Shown here: one piece after another, positions 13,507-27,000 of the stretch
How positions within the stretch are numbered: position 1 is the stretch's first letter
How the letters are laid out: each line of letters begins with the position of its first letter
NCBI GenBank assembly: GCA_023213395.1
Contig: CM041465.1
Location: 39,005,741 to 39,069,740 of the forward strand
Source: Cycas panzhihuaensis
Lineage: Eukaryota; Plantae; Cycadophyta
DNA length: 64,000 nt
Direction: 5' to 3'
Translations under genes and position numbers: made by a program
Notes under the pieces: model-generated
Seen by the model: the letters and a program-made list of their open reading frames with translations, nothing else
What the model was told of the DNA's origin: nothing
The model's database searches: none

Positions 13507-14075
13507 TGGGTTCCCTCATGGGCATCTCCTCCTTTTCTCTTACCGCGATAGCCCTTGGGACCATCTCTCTCCCCATGTTACCTTTGCCTTTTGGATCTGT
13601 CTCCCATTTTGCCTCTGTGTCCCTCTTTTCTTCTCACCCTCTAGGTGCATCTATGGTGTTCCCTTTAGTGGTGTGAGGCCCCTTCTACCTCGATTTTTGT
13701 GCCATCCCTAAAGATACCTATGTTTATACTCATTTGTCTTATTTCTTCATCCTGAACCCATTTTTCCTGCCCATTCATACCTCTGGGACTTCCAAAGGAA
13801 GCACCTTCCCCATTTAGGACCATGCCTCACTTCCTTCAGCAACCTTTGGGACTCTAGAGGGGCTTTTTCACTGTCGTTTCCTTTTCGTCCACCGAGTCGG
13901 TCTCCTTGTCCTTGGGTAACCTCATCCTTGGGTCCTCCTGCCCTTTACGACCTCTATCGATAGCTGCCTGAGTTCCTCATGACTGCTTCACCCCTGTTGA
14001 ATCCATTTTACTCATCGCCCTTATTAGCACTCTTTTTCCTCGATTTGCCCTATTGAGATCTCCATCTTTTCTACT

Positions 14076-14487
14076 ATGATATTACTCATCTTCACTGACA
14101 GTAGAAGCCGCGACAACCTAGGCCCTTCCGCTGCTGCATGGATCCTCCGTGAGCCTTACAGATATGACTACATACATTCTGAGGTCTTCCTTCCCAAAGC
14201 CACTAATAACAAAGCTGAGTACACAACTATTATTAAGGCTCTTAACGATACGCTCCACTTCCATCATCCTCTTCTGCGACTCTCAGGTCCTGGTGTCCCA
14301 TCTCACTTAAGTTTACTAGGTGCATTGCCCACACCTGAGAGCCCTCGCCTTGACTGCTAGGTCTCTTTTGGCATGCTTCTCTTCTGTTGATATTCGACAT
14401 ATTCTTTGGGATTGCAATGTTGAGGTGGATAGCCTTGTTCGTCTTATCCTTGAGCGTCGCCTCCCCTTCCTAGGTGACCCCCCTTGA
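14076..14487 (+). pseudogene. Additional archaeal-type RNase H (aRH) of element A, as a stand-alone ORF
   Basis: FTD..SR.N.GP.AAAW, TNNKAEY..II.AL, then after a frameshift DSQVLV, IRHI...N.EVDSL; matches the RNase HI / RVT_3 pattern. Confidence 0.85.
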
Positions 14488-14987
14488 GAGATTTATCTGG
14501 TCAGCCAGGTGCCCAGGTCTTTGGTCATCTCTTCCTTCATATTGTGATCTATTCACACCTCTGAAAGTTGGCCGCTAATGAGGTTAAACTATTGTGACCA
14601 CCAGGTTTGTTTCTTTACCCTACTCTTAGCACCACTCTTGGTATATGATCCCCACTATCTTGACTTACTTATGCACATAACACCCTATTCATAACGTATG
14701 TTTAATCGTGCTTGTAGTCATCACCACCCTTTTTCTTGTACTCTTATGATGGGGGCATCCCTGTCATCCATTACCATTGCAAGTTGACTATAGGGCAACA
14801 CATAGACAACCCCTATATCCCCGCTCACTCGCCCCCATACCCACGTGTTCTACCATGACACTTGCCATCGCCCTTGGCTTATACCATTTTTATGTTTATT
14901 TATATATATATATATATATCTCGCTAACATGGTGTTGCTAGCATTTACCATTAGGTTGCACTTCCGATCAACGAGACTTTGCTACCT

Positions 14988-14996
14988 AGGGGGCAG
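14988..14996 (+). promoter_or_regulatory. Polypurine tract of element A
   Basis: AGGGGGCAG immediately before the 3' LTR TGTT. Confidence 0.75.
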
Positions 14997-17900
14997 TGTT
15001 TCCTGGTTATCGGGAATGGGTATGGATGAGTCGACTCAAGTAAGTGCAATTATTCTTCTATCCTTTGCCTTGGTCTATTTCAGAAAGGTAGATTGAAGCA
15101 CCTCTTTGTTTTCATTACATGATTGACTCATTCATTTGTACAACCATTATGCATCCATTGCCTGATCATGCTATATGATATCATTTCACCCTATGACGAT
15201 CTAGGGATATCAATCCCAATGGCACTCCACAACCCTCCTATACATCTCCACATCATCCTAAGCACTGTGGAACCCTTGTGACCCGTTCACAACTCTGTTG
15301 CCATACCTCAACCTTTAGCACCTTACCTAGGTGTCGTTAGTGTATGTTTATTTATTTATCGACCTTTTGGGAGTTTTAGGTCTTTGGTACTTCGCTGGTC
15401 TAGGTCTCTTCGATCCCATGATTGTTCCCAGCCATCTGGACAGAGGGTCACACCTCCCAAGTCTGGGGTACCTCTCTTTCTGATTTCCTAACCCTCTTTT
15501 CTTTCTTTTTTGTGTCTGCTATTATCGCACTGCGGTAAAGATTGCAGTACTGCTACAAACTTTGTGGCACCACAAAGTTTACCACGGGGCGATTGTCACA
15601 CTTCATTTTTTTAAATATGGCATGGAAAATTCCACATTTATTGTGAAATTGTCACATGGCTGAGTTGTATTCCTAGCCCTAGTCGAACCCTAATCACTCG
15701 ATTGAGCTAGGGTTCGGTTTAAATTCCAAAAAAGACATCATTTCCTCCTCTTCTTCCACTCTCTTTAATCTCTTTTCTCACTCACACAGGATATCTCCTA
15801 TAGAAAGACCCTATAACCCTTGAGATATCAGCTCACCAGTTTGAGATCAGCCTCCTACATCCTCATATTTGTAGCAGTAGGTATGAGATAAGGCTACCTC
15901 AAGCAAGACATACTCCAAGCTCGCTTCCAAGCATAAGCATCACACCTTGATCAAGTTTCCTCTTTAGATTTGGCAGTCTCCATAGGGTTTTACTTGCAAA
16001 CCTTGTAGGGCTACCCTCTTCTCCTATTTCCCTAGGTATATCTTCTCCTGATCTATCCCCCAATAGGTATTCTTCCTCCGTTATTACGTTTGGCTTCTCT
16101 TAAATTGCTCAAAAGTGGTTGGAATATCCTGTAACATCCCTTGTTTCTCAGATTTCTACTGTACATAGGAGGCATTCCCTCCTATTTTCATTCTTTGCCT
16201 ACCATTCCTTTTAGCTCTTCCCTGGTTTCTTCAAGGAGACAGTGAGGAAGAGGCTCCAAAGAGGGTGAGTGAAAGGAGTCAAGGTGGGTTCCACAACCCA
16301 ACAAGGCCTTCTCCTCAAGGGCAACCCCCTTCTCCCCCTCTCCTCTTTCTCCTCTGTGCTTCCCTTGGGCTACTAAAGAGCTCCCAGAAGAGAGGTCGCC
16401 GCTGGTACCAGTGTACATAGCCCATTGCTACACTTACTTTAGCTTTGTGAGCCTTACATGGGTAGGAATTGCAGCCCCTAGTTAGACTCTACTTTGCCTT
16501 TGAGTGTTAGATTAGTTTGGGGTTTGCAAAAGTTGCACATGGCGATTTTTATAATGTTAGCAATATTTGTAACTTTATTACAGCCTGTCACCCCTATTTT
16601 AGCTTTTATTTTACTGTGTTTACTTGCTGTTTATGTGCTTGAACAATGTGGAGGTGTGTGTCTTGGGGGGTTAGCCATTCCAAGGCTAACCACCTTTCTT
16701 CTCTTTTCTTATCTTCCTTGTATAGAGAAAAGTTGAAGATTGATCCTTAATGCAAAACTTCTCTCGGTTAAGATAGTTTGCTTGTATTACTTTATGAACT
16801 TTGTACACATATGCATTTTTCTCCCTAGCAGCCCCTTGGGAAAGGAAAACATTTTTTTACTGTAGGTTTTTTCTCTTCATTACATATGGAGGAGGAAGGA
16901 AACACATCAACACAGGTATGTTCTTTCCCTCTCCTCTAATATCACTTTCAAGTCAATTCACATAGTCTTTTCCACCTTTCTTTTCCGCTCTTTGCCTTTT
17001 GATTTAGGGAAGGTAAGGAAGCCCCGAGCATCACCGCATCACATTGCTCATGTTTGGGGAATAAAAAGAGGAAGCTGCATGCAACACGAGGGAATGCACT
17101 CATCCAACCTCCCAGTTTTCTAGGTACGCCGCTACTCTTCCCTCATCGCTTCTTTTCTCTCACTTAAAGTTGTTTACTTGCATGCATAATACCTAAAAGG
17201 AAAAAGAGTAAAGTAAACTTGCATATATCACTTGCATATTCTTATTCTGCTTGTCCATTTAAGAAATTGCATAAAGTAGATGTCGCATCCACTTGCATTC
17301 GTACTTGTTGTACATGCTTCTGCTTAGCCTTGCATCTCATGCATGCATGCTTGTAACCCTTTAGCTAGCCTTGTTTACTTTTTCCCATTTGAAAATAAAA
17401 GGAGAGTGAGGTTATAACACCTCATTTTATGATTTTCTTTTTATTTGTAAAAACACAACATTATATTCCTCACTTTACCATAATACATAAAAGTACAACC
17501 CCTTACATGCAGAACAGTTGAAACCCCCCTTTTCACTGTTGCCTCATATCCCCAAGTCTGCCTTGGGTATAGTGACCTAAAGAAGATCTTCCCTTTAGGC
17601 CACTCCCCTTTAGTCTTTATCACACCTACCTTAGCTAGGCATCCTTAGCGTACCCTTTAGGTTAGTTCTGCTTGGGGGTTAGTCATCCAACCACCCCGTT
17701 ATGAGTGTGAGTCATCCTCTTGCTTGCTTGGGTACACCTCTCTCACACCCCTTTTATTCCATGTGGGGAGTCATTCCCTCGCTTACCTTTACCTCCTTCC
17801 TTTAGCCATCCAAGGGTGGAAGGACCTATCCCTTGAGGTTACTTGGGAAAACGAGGATATTCCTCATTCTTTCCACCTTTCAAACCAAAATTAAGTTACC

Positions 17901-18069
17901 CAGAAGGGAGTTGTGTGCCATTCGTGGGTCCCGAACCTGCGTTCTGATGCACAGATACCCTTTGTGGGTGATCTCTTTCACTTGCCAGATTGATCCTAGA
18001 TTATGAAACCCTTCATCAATCGATCTAATCTTAACCAAGTGTGGTTACCATCCCATAAGCACAATTCCA
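14997..18069 (+). repeat. 3' LTR of element A
   Basis: Direct repeat of 123-3215, followed by TSD TAAAG. Confidence 0.95.
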
Positions 18070-18074
18070 TAAAG

Positions 18075-20758
18075 TAAGGTATTTTGTATCTTTATCTTTG
18101 TTATGTGGTGAGAGAATGTGAGGGTACAAGTTATTACTATTTATATTATGTTTCTAAGAAAAAAGGAAAGTGAACGAATAACACACTCACTCTTTCTTTT
18201 CCTAGGTATTAACCTCCGTCTCTTTATCTTTTATAAGCATAGAAGATAAAAGGCAAGTAAGTAACCAAGGAAAAGAATGTAAGCATTAATGTGAGTTGAC
18301 TTAATGGCATGCAAGGGAAAGTGAGATATAAGTAGAAGAATACACAACCTATCCCACCCAAATCCTAGCAGAAGTGAGAAGTTTGAGCGGGAGGGAGAGA
18401 AAGTAGAGACGTAGCTAGTGGGGAGCAACACCTACTGATGCAACGCGATTGTCTTCCCCTTACGTAGGTAAACAAAACAAACGACAAGCAATGTAATGCA
18501 AACTATCTTTTCCTTTTATCTTTCCTTTTTCTTTTTGGGGGGTAAAACAGGGGATGAAGGTGAAGTGCAGAAGGTCAAAATAGGAGCATACCCGAAAATT
18601 GGACGGTCGATGTAGAGGACTCCTTGCTTCCTTCACAGTCCACACTTGCTTCCTCGACATGCTTTGTCGCAGATGGTGTGGCGAAAGGAACACCGGCGGG
18701 GGCTTCCTTACCTTCCCCAATACTCAAATGTGAAAGAATAAAAGGAAAGAAAGGAATGCTTATGATAAAATTTTAAAGTATTATAATACCGGTGTGGGGA
18801 GTGCGCATACCTGTAATGGAGGCCTTTGTTCATCTCAAACAGGCAGAACCTACATAACAAACGATTTTCCCTTTCCCAAGGGGCACTAGATGCACATGGG
18901 AGCAAGTATGGATAAAATATATGTATATGCTTTGTCTTTAAAAGAAAGAAGTGAAATGATAACTTTGATGAATATATTTTAAATAATCAAACATACAACA
19001 CTAGTTTTATTTTACCATGTATGCACAACAAACCAATAATGCAAATAAGGGGGTAAAAAGGAGAAAGATGGGTAGCCTCTGAATGGCTGACCCTTCCAAC
19101 AGAATGCTTCCATGTTCCCAAGCGCTCAAGTAAATGGTTAAAAGAGACAAGATCATCTGATAGTAAAGGAAAACAATAGGTTTTACATACAAGAAGAAGT
19201 GTTACAAGAAAGTTTCAAAAGTCACAAAAGCTGCAAAAGTTGCAAAGCGTAACTTTTGTAAGATTTTACAAAAGTAAACCAAAAGCTAAGAAACACAAAA
19301 GGGGTGCTAATAACCAAGTTTTTATGGGGTCTTGGTGGCTAGTTGCAGGGATAGCAAGGGGCTACTAATGCTGCAATCGGTAGAGCTCCCTATCCCAAAA
19401 GGTTTCTGGGTGAGCTAGGGAGGTATAGGGAATGAAAAGGAATGGAGAGTAGGGGGATACCCTTGAGGAGAAGGCGTAAGGATGCAGAACCCTGCCTAAA
19501 ACTCCTTTCTCTCTCCACAGGTTACCTTTCCTTCCACCTCCTTGAATGGACCCAAAGAAAACTTTGAGGAGAAGAGGGATGAACTAATGGAAGGGAGGGT
19601 TTACCTCCTAAGATGGAAAAATGAAAAGGAAACTTCACACACAAAATAGGAAACTCAAGCTAAGAAAATGCTTATGCTGTAAAAGAAGGGACATACACAG
19701 GTTTGTAGATACCTGGTAGGAGTAGATTAGAAGTAGATCTACTATGTAAACTAAAAGAAGAAGAGGTTCCCTTTGGGGGATGACTGGAAAATCCTTGCAG
19801 TGGTGAAAAAGAGGAGCATAGCCTACAGAAAACTTGTGCTTGAGACTTAGAAAAGCACTTGTGACATGGATCTATCTTAAGAGCTTCTACTGTAAAATTA
19901 TAACTCACAATTTTGCCCTGTAGGAGATGATAATTGGATTAGGAGGTAGGTACAACCAGGTAGGAGCTTGTTTTAAAACCTTTTCTTGAGAAGATGGAGA
20001 AAAAAAAGGAGTAAGAAGAGGAAGAATGAGGTAAATTTTGGGTTTTTAAACCTAATCCTATCCCAACAGACGATTAGGATTCGCCCTGGGTAGGAAATAA
20101 CCCAATACCACGTGGCAATTTTGTATTCAATGTGAAATTAGCTATATCCAGACAAAAAAAAGCTTTTGAACAATCACACCACAATAAACTTCGCAGTACC
20201 ATAGAGTTTGTAGCGATACTACAGAGTTTACAATGGTTTAGCCAAAATTAAGATAAAATAAAAAAGTGGAGAGCCCAGGGGGCTTCCAAAAAGGGGGGTC
20301 CTAGACCTTAAGAGAGCATAATGCAGTGTCAAGGTGTAAGGGAGGTCATGGGACTTAGAGGGACCACGATAGGTAGGAAAACGATGGTCAAGGACTTCAA
20401 AAAGAGACAAGTGGCATATAAGGGCAACAACCAGGCCTAGGAGGGGTGCTAGGGGTTATGTGATACTAAGGAATAATGAAAGATAGGGCTACGGGAGCCA
20501 AAAGTGCTTGGGGACATCGTGGAGACATGGTGGAGGGTCATGGAGTGCTATGGGATGTGTATCCTGAGTTGTCATAGGTTAAAAGTATTAAGATGTAATA
20601 TGAATAGGTAACAAATACATAATGATTACACACTCAACCAATCAATGTGTAATGTGCCTCTATCGACAATCTCTAAAGCCAATGGGAGTGAGGATAGAAG
20701 TATACCTATACTTACCTGAGTCGATTCGCCCATGTCCATTCCCGGTAATAAGGAAACA
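18075..20758 (-). repeat. LTR of related Tat element X (5' or solo LTR), target of element A, inserted into copia B
   Basis: Reverse complement begins TGTTTCCTTATTACCGGGAATGGACATGGGCGAATCGACTCAGGTAAGTA, homologous to the A-LTR start; colinear homology blocks throughout; no PPT before it. Confidence 0.85.
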
Positions 20759-23439
20759 CCAAAAAGATCTTATTGTTGAATTCTAGAAAGAGAAGTTTAT
20801 CATCAAGCAACCATTAAATAAATTCAAAGCTATTGCCTTTAGACCTATTGATCATAAGACTAGTTTCTATAATTTATTTGATTTAATTCATACCACTAGA
20901 TAGAAAACTTTCATCTCTTTTATTATCTAATCAAACCTAGTTAGTAAACTTTGGCATGCCCATTTTATCCATATGATCTATAAAAAACTATAATTCCTAA
21001 CTTAGCATAATATGGTTCTTGGACTACCACCCTCTAAAATAGTCTATGGAGTCTATGAAGCATGCATGATAGGTAAATAACACATAGATCCTTTTCCACA
21101 AAAAACTAATTTTAGGGCTAAACAACCTTTAGAACTTATTCAGTTAAATATTTGTGGACCTTTCCTTGTAAGTTTTTATTTTGGTTGTCACTACTTTATA
21201 ACTTTTATTGATTATTATTCAAGAAAATGTTAGGTGTATATTCTCAAAAATCATAGTGAAAATTTTAATACTTTCTTAGAATTTAAAGCCTTAGTACAAA
21301 ATGAATCCAATTACAAAATTAAAATTCTAAAAACATATAATGCTAAAGAGTATATTAGTAATGAATTTAATACTTGTTAAAAGAAAAATGGTATTAAATT
21401 TCAACATACCATAACCTATATTCCATAATAAATTGGAGTGGTCAAAAGAAAAAATATAACTCTAGTTGAAATAGCATTAAAAAAACTTTGGGCAAAAGCC
21501 ATAAATTACTCTAATTATTTACTAAATCGATTACCAACCAAAGTCTTACGTAATATAACACCTAAAAAAAAAATGTCTGGAAGAAAACTAACTATCAAAC
21601 ATCTTAGAATCTTTGGAAGTATCGCATGGGCACATGTCCCTAGAGAAAAAAAGTAAAAAGTTGATCCTAAAAGTTTTAGGTATCTTCTTGTGGGCTATAG
21701 TGAAGAAAATAAAGCTTATTGCTTATTTAACTTAGTAACATGCTATAACTATCATACATGATATTAAGTTTAATAAAGAAGGATTTTCATCAAATTCTAA
21801 TCCCAACTAAATATATCTCTACTTGTTGAAGATATTCTTACAAATATCTCTCTACTTAGACTAAATAATTAATAAATTAAGAATAATGATGAAGAAATGA
21901 TAAATTTAGAGAAACAAATTCACAATTAGACTTTAATAGAACCCAATAAAACTAATAAAACAATCATCATACATAAAAAACAACCTAAATGGGTCAAGAA
22001 AACCATCTCTAATACTAGAATAGATGCTAGTAATCCTTTTGATTATGAGAAAACTAAATCTTAAAAATAAGAAATTAACTTTACTCTTACAACAAAGATA
22101 ATGTTTCAAACTGGTTTAAATTCCTTTAAATAAGGTAGTCAAAATATACTCAGGCAACAAGCAATAAATAATGAATTTGATACTCTTATTAAAAATAACA
22201 CTTAGAACTTAGTTCCTCTTCCTTTAAGATGAAATTTAATAGACTATAAATGGGTCTATCATATAAAATAAATCTTTGAAGGTATCACTGAAAAATATAA
22301 AGCACATTTAGTTGCTAAAGTTTTTTCTTAAATTAATAGTATACACTATAAAGGAATTTTTATTCCTATAAACAAAATGAATACTATTAAAATTATTATA
22401 TCACATGTAACTAAATTTGGATGGAAAATACATCAAATGGATGAGAAAATTGCATTTTAAATGGTAACTTAGAAGAAGAAATCTATATGAAATAACTTCA
22501 AAGTTTTCTTTCATATATTGATTTAGTATACAAATTAAAAAAATCTTTATATGGATTTAAATAAGCTCTTAGGACTTGGTATAATGAAATTAATCAAAAT
22601 CTCTTAAATAATGGTTTTATTAAACATATTAGTAATCCCAATATTTACTTTATGAAAGACAATAATAACATTACATTTTTCACTCTTTATATAAATGACA
22701 TTATACTTACTGGATATTCAACTTTTGATATTTTAAATTTAAAATCTAACTTAATGTCTCAATTTAAAATAATAGATTTCGGTCTACTACACTATTTTTT
22801 AGGACTTAAAATTTGTCAAAAAGAGACTAAAATTACTATTTCTGAACCCAAATATATTTTGAACCTTTTGAAAAGATTTAATATGGAAGACTGCAAACCT
22901 GCCCCAACCCCTATATAGTCTAGAACTAAATTGATATTTAACTATACTACACCACCAATTGACCCAACTCTATACTAATAACTAATTGGTAGTTTAATTT
23001 ATCTTACTCACATATGTCTTGATATTTCTTACTCTATAGCCTTATGTTCTAGATTCATGTACCGACCATACAAATTATATTAAAAAGTAACTAAGATAAT
23101 CGTATGCCATCTTAAAGGTACAACTCATTTTGGCTTAATTTATAAACAATCTAATGATTGTTCTAAACTAATTAGTTATACAGATTCTGATTGGGCAACA
23201 TATACTTATTAAAGGAAATCTATGGTTGGGTATATTATTTTTCTAAGGTCCTCTCTAATTACCTAATTAAGTAAAAGATTCAATTGTTATCACATTCTAT
23301 AATTAAAATTGAGTAAAAAGCTCTTATTGAAGTAAGTAAAGAAGCATTATAGATTCAATCTTTATTAAATGATATTAATTTTTCTTTATCTTCTATTAAA
23401 TTAAATGTTGAGAGTCAAAGTCTTATTTCCATTACTACT
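20759..23439 (+). mobile_element. pol: Element B (part 1): decayed Ty1/copia pol (GAG-pre-integrase, INT, RT, start of RNase H)
   Basis: KLWHAH, LELI..NICGPF, LRIFGSIAWAHVP, LYINDII, YFLGLKI, YTDSDWA motifs in INT-RT-RH order. Confidence 0.9.
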
Positions 23440-23561
23440 TATAGGAGTTACCATAACACCAAAAGGCCTTGGTGAAATTAGTCTTACCATAACCCATTGA
23501 CATGCCCATGATTAACTCTAGGTTGGTACATCCGCAAAGCTGAGAGGATAGGTTGGATACA
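23440..23561 (-). repeat. 122-bp LTR-like repeat (3' copy)
   Basis: Ungapped match to 29542-29663. Confidence 0.85.
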
Positions 23562-23633
23562 CCCAAGGGTAAATGAGATACTCTAATACCTACCCCCAAA
23601 CTAAACTCCAAATTCGTTGAACCCTAGCACTCA

Positions 23634-23644
23634 CTCTGATACCA
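23634..23644 (-). promoter_or_regulatory. Internal tRNA-iMet PBS following the inner LTR
   Basis: CTCTGATACCA = reverse complement of TGGTATCAGAG. Confidence 0.85.
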
Positions 23645-23966
23645 TGCTAGAAATCACAAACAAATAGATTATTTATGTACACAACAAGTATGAAATGAAT
23701 AAGTATATAACAAAATTGATGTAAGAAACTATATAATAAAAACATATCACAAAATATGGATTATATTAATGTAAAAATTCATAAAGTACAATGAAGTTTG
23801 GATCCCTTTAAATAGATCCATAAGTGCCTCATATATTACATATGTATTACATCCATCGAATCACAATAATAACTTTGTTACATCACATAATAACTCATAT
23901 ATATTCGTATAATAATGTATCACATTAATATTAGTTAGGTCTAGTGGATAACATACCACTCTAAAA
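23645..23966 (-). repeat. Single inner copia LTR (~320 bp)
   Basis: Preceded on the minus strand by PPT (TTAAGATGGGG, ~23967-23977) after RNase H; ends ...CTAGCA at the PBS. Confidence 0.75.
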
Positions 23967-24059
23967 CCCCATCTTAATGTAAATATAGGTTCTTGAAGTC
24001 TTCCTAGAGGTTGGATTAACCTTTGTCTTTATGCTTATTGATAGATCCCCCCTCAAGGA

Positions 24060-27000
24060 TAACTTCACTAAGTCCCAAATTTGCATAAATCTTGATGAAA
24101 TTGTCTTTAGTAAGAACTTTGGTGAATACATCTACAAGTTGCTCTTCACTTGGATAAAACTCAATCTATAACTTTCCTAATATGATCTACTCATAAATAT
24201 AATGGTGTTGAATCTTAATATGCTTTATATGTGCATGAAATTCTGGATTCTTTGAAAGTCAAATAGCATTTTGATTATTAATATATATAACAGGTGTGCT
24301 AGAAGATGTTCTAAGAGTCTCCAAAAGTCCCTACAACCATACAACTTCTCTCACACTAACACTTAGTGCTTAGTGCTTAATCTCTGTGGAAGATAATGTA
24401 ACAGTGGATTACTTTTTAGATTACCATGATACAAACCCATTTCTAATACCAAAAGTAAATCCTATAGTTGATTTCTTATGTTTTGTATCTCTACCCTAAT
24501 TGATACCAATATACCCATGCAAGTTTGCCTCTCCACCACAAAGATATTTAAGGCCAAGATTAAGTGTTCCCTTAACATACTTCATAACCCTCTTTGCAAC
24601 AACCTAATGAGGTTCTTGGGGATTCTACATATAATGAGATACCAATCCAATAACATAAGCAATATCAAACCTAGTATGAGTTAAGTAAATCAAACTCCTT
24701 ACTAATTGTTAATATAAAGTCTCATCTATAGTTGGCTTATACATATCCTTTAGAAGCTTTGTGCCCTTTATATATGGTATCCTTGTTGGTTTGTAATCCT
24801 TTATCCCAAATATCTCAATCATGTTTTCAACATACTTTGATTGTAACATCATGATGTGATAATCCATTTACCTAATCTTAATACCCATGAAGTAATGAAG
24901 ATGTCTAAGATCTATCATGTTAAAAGTATGCCCCAAACAGGCCTTTATAATTATAATAGTCTTATTATAATTTCCTATAATAATAAGGTTATTAACATAT
25001 AATATAAAAATAATAACTATTATAGTTCCACTCTTTTAGATATAAAGACTTGGCTCTAATTCTATTATCACAAAACCATCTTCCTTCAATCTAGTATCAA
25101 TCTTATCATACCAAGCATGTAGTGCTTGTTTTAGGCTATAAAGAGATTTGTTCAAGTAATACACTAAATGCTCCTGACCTTCCTTTACAAAACTAAGAGG
25201 TTGAGCCATATAGATCTCCTCTTTCAAGTATCCATTAAGGAATACTCACTTCACATCCATTTGATACAACTCCCAACCAAGTGTAACCATCAAAGCAGGG
25301 ATCAATTGAACTATTGACATCTTGGAGACTGATACAAATGTCTCCTCATAATTGGTTTCTTTTTTTCTTATTTAAAACCTTATACAACAAGTCTAGCCTT
25401 ATACTTGTCTATCTCTCTATTAAAGCAATACTTAATCTTATAGACCCACTTGCAACTGATCAGGTTCTTATATGGAGGTATAAGAACTAAATCCCATGTA
25501 TCATTCTTTATGATTAAATTATACTCCTCCTCTATTATAGCTCTCCATTGTAGATCTTCTTTCACTTCCTTATATGAAATGGGATCGCTGGAATTGTTGG
25601 TGTCTATTACTAAAGTTTGACTGGCATGTTAACTTCTTGTTCTTTGTCTATCATCTAGATCTTTGATTGATGTACCAAAAATTATCAATAGTCTTCCTAG
25701 TCCATAATAGAATATAGGGTGTTTTTTATGCCTTGACTTATAATAACTCCTCATCATTACTCCCACTAGGTCCTGCTTTTATTTTTGACACAATGTTAGG
25801 CTCCTAAACCTCTATACTTGTTGAAACAAAACTTGGAAAGGGAAGACATGGAGGATAAAATCTATCTTTCGATGACCTCTCAATATGATACATCATTAAC
25901 TCATCAAACTTAACATCTTGACTAACCAAAAATTTCTTTCCCTTTAGATCCCATAGTCTGTAAGCCTTATTCTTTTACGACCACCCCACAAAATGCACTT
26001 CAAACTCTTATAATCCAACTTCTTTAATATGCATCTAGGATGTGTGCATATGTAATATACCCAGATATCTTAAAATAATTAATAGAAGGTTTCTAATCAA
26101 TCTAACACTCTTCAGAGATAATTCCATGGCCAACTTTAGTAGGGATCCTATTCAGAATATAAATAGCTATTGTAATAAATTTTGCCTAAAACATAGGAGG
26201 TAGATTCTTTTCATGTACCATATACCTCACCATCTTTATCATCGTATGATTCTTACTCTGCATAATACCGTTTTGCTATGTGATATATGAGATGGTTAAC
26301 TCTTGCTTTATACCATGATTAAGGCAAAACTAATTAAAAGCATCATTGTTATATTCCTTTCCATTATCACTCCTTAAAATCTTTATTTTCTTATAACATT
26401 CATTCTCAACACTAACTTTCCATTCATAAAATTGATCAAACATATCAGACTCCTTCTTCAAAAAGAATACTTAGGCTCTCTTACTATAATCATCTATGAA
26501 TACAAGGACAAATCAAGCACTAGAAATAGAAGGATTTGAAAGAGGACCCATCAAGTCAGTATGTACAAGCTCAAACTTCTCCTTTGCTCTCCATGTACTA
26601 TTCCTAGCAAATAGATAATGATAGTGCTTTTTATACATACATCCTTCAAAAATACCTTTTGAATAAGGAACATGTGGCAACCCTATAATCATCTTTAATC
26701 TATTCATAAGGTTGATGCTTTTATAGTTAAGATAACCTAAACACTCATGCCATAACTTACTCATATCATCAACACTAAAAACAAAAGTAAAAGAATCCTA
26801 GTGGGTTCTAAATTTCTCTAATACCATGAATCCATTATTATAAAGCCTAATTTTCATACCTTGCTTATAGATTTTTTGGGCAGAAAGAAGATTGAGCTTC
26901 GTCTTAAGCACATAGTAAACACCATTAAACTTACTTCTTACATAGGAAATGAAATTAACACCTTCTACGAGAAAAACACAAGCATCTCCAAGAATCATAT

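Larger units (their letters stand above)
123..18069 (+). mobile_element. Element A: full-length, decayed Ty3/gypsy Tat-clade LTR retrotransposon (TatIII-like layout, aRH downstream of integrase)
   Basis: Two ~3.1-kb LTRs TGTT...TTCCA, 5-bp TSD TAAAG (118-122 and 18070-18074), PBS, PPT, gag-PR-RT-RH-INT order, extra RNase H in the 3' region. Confidence 0.95.
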
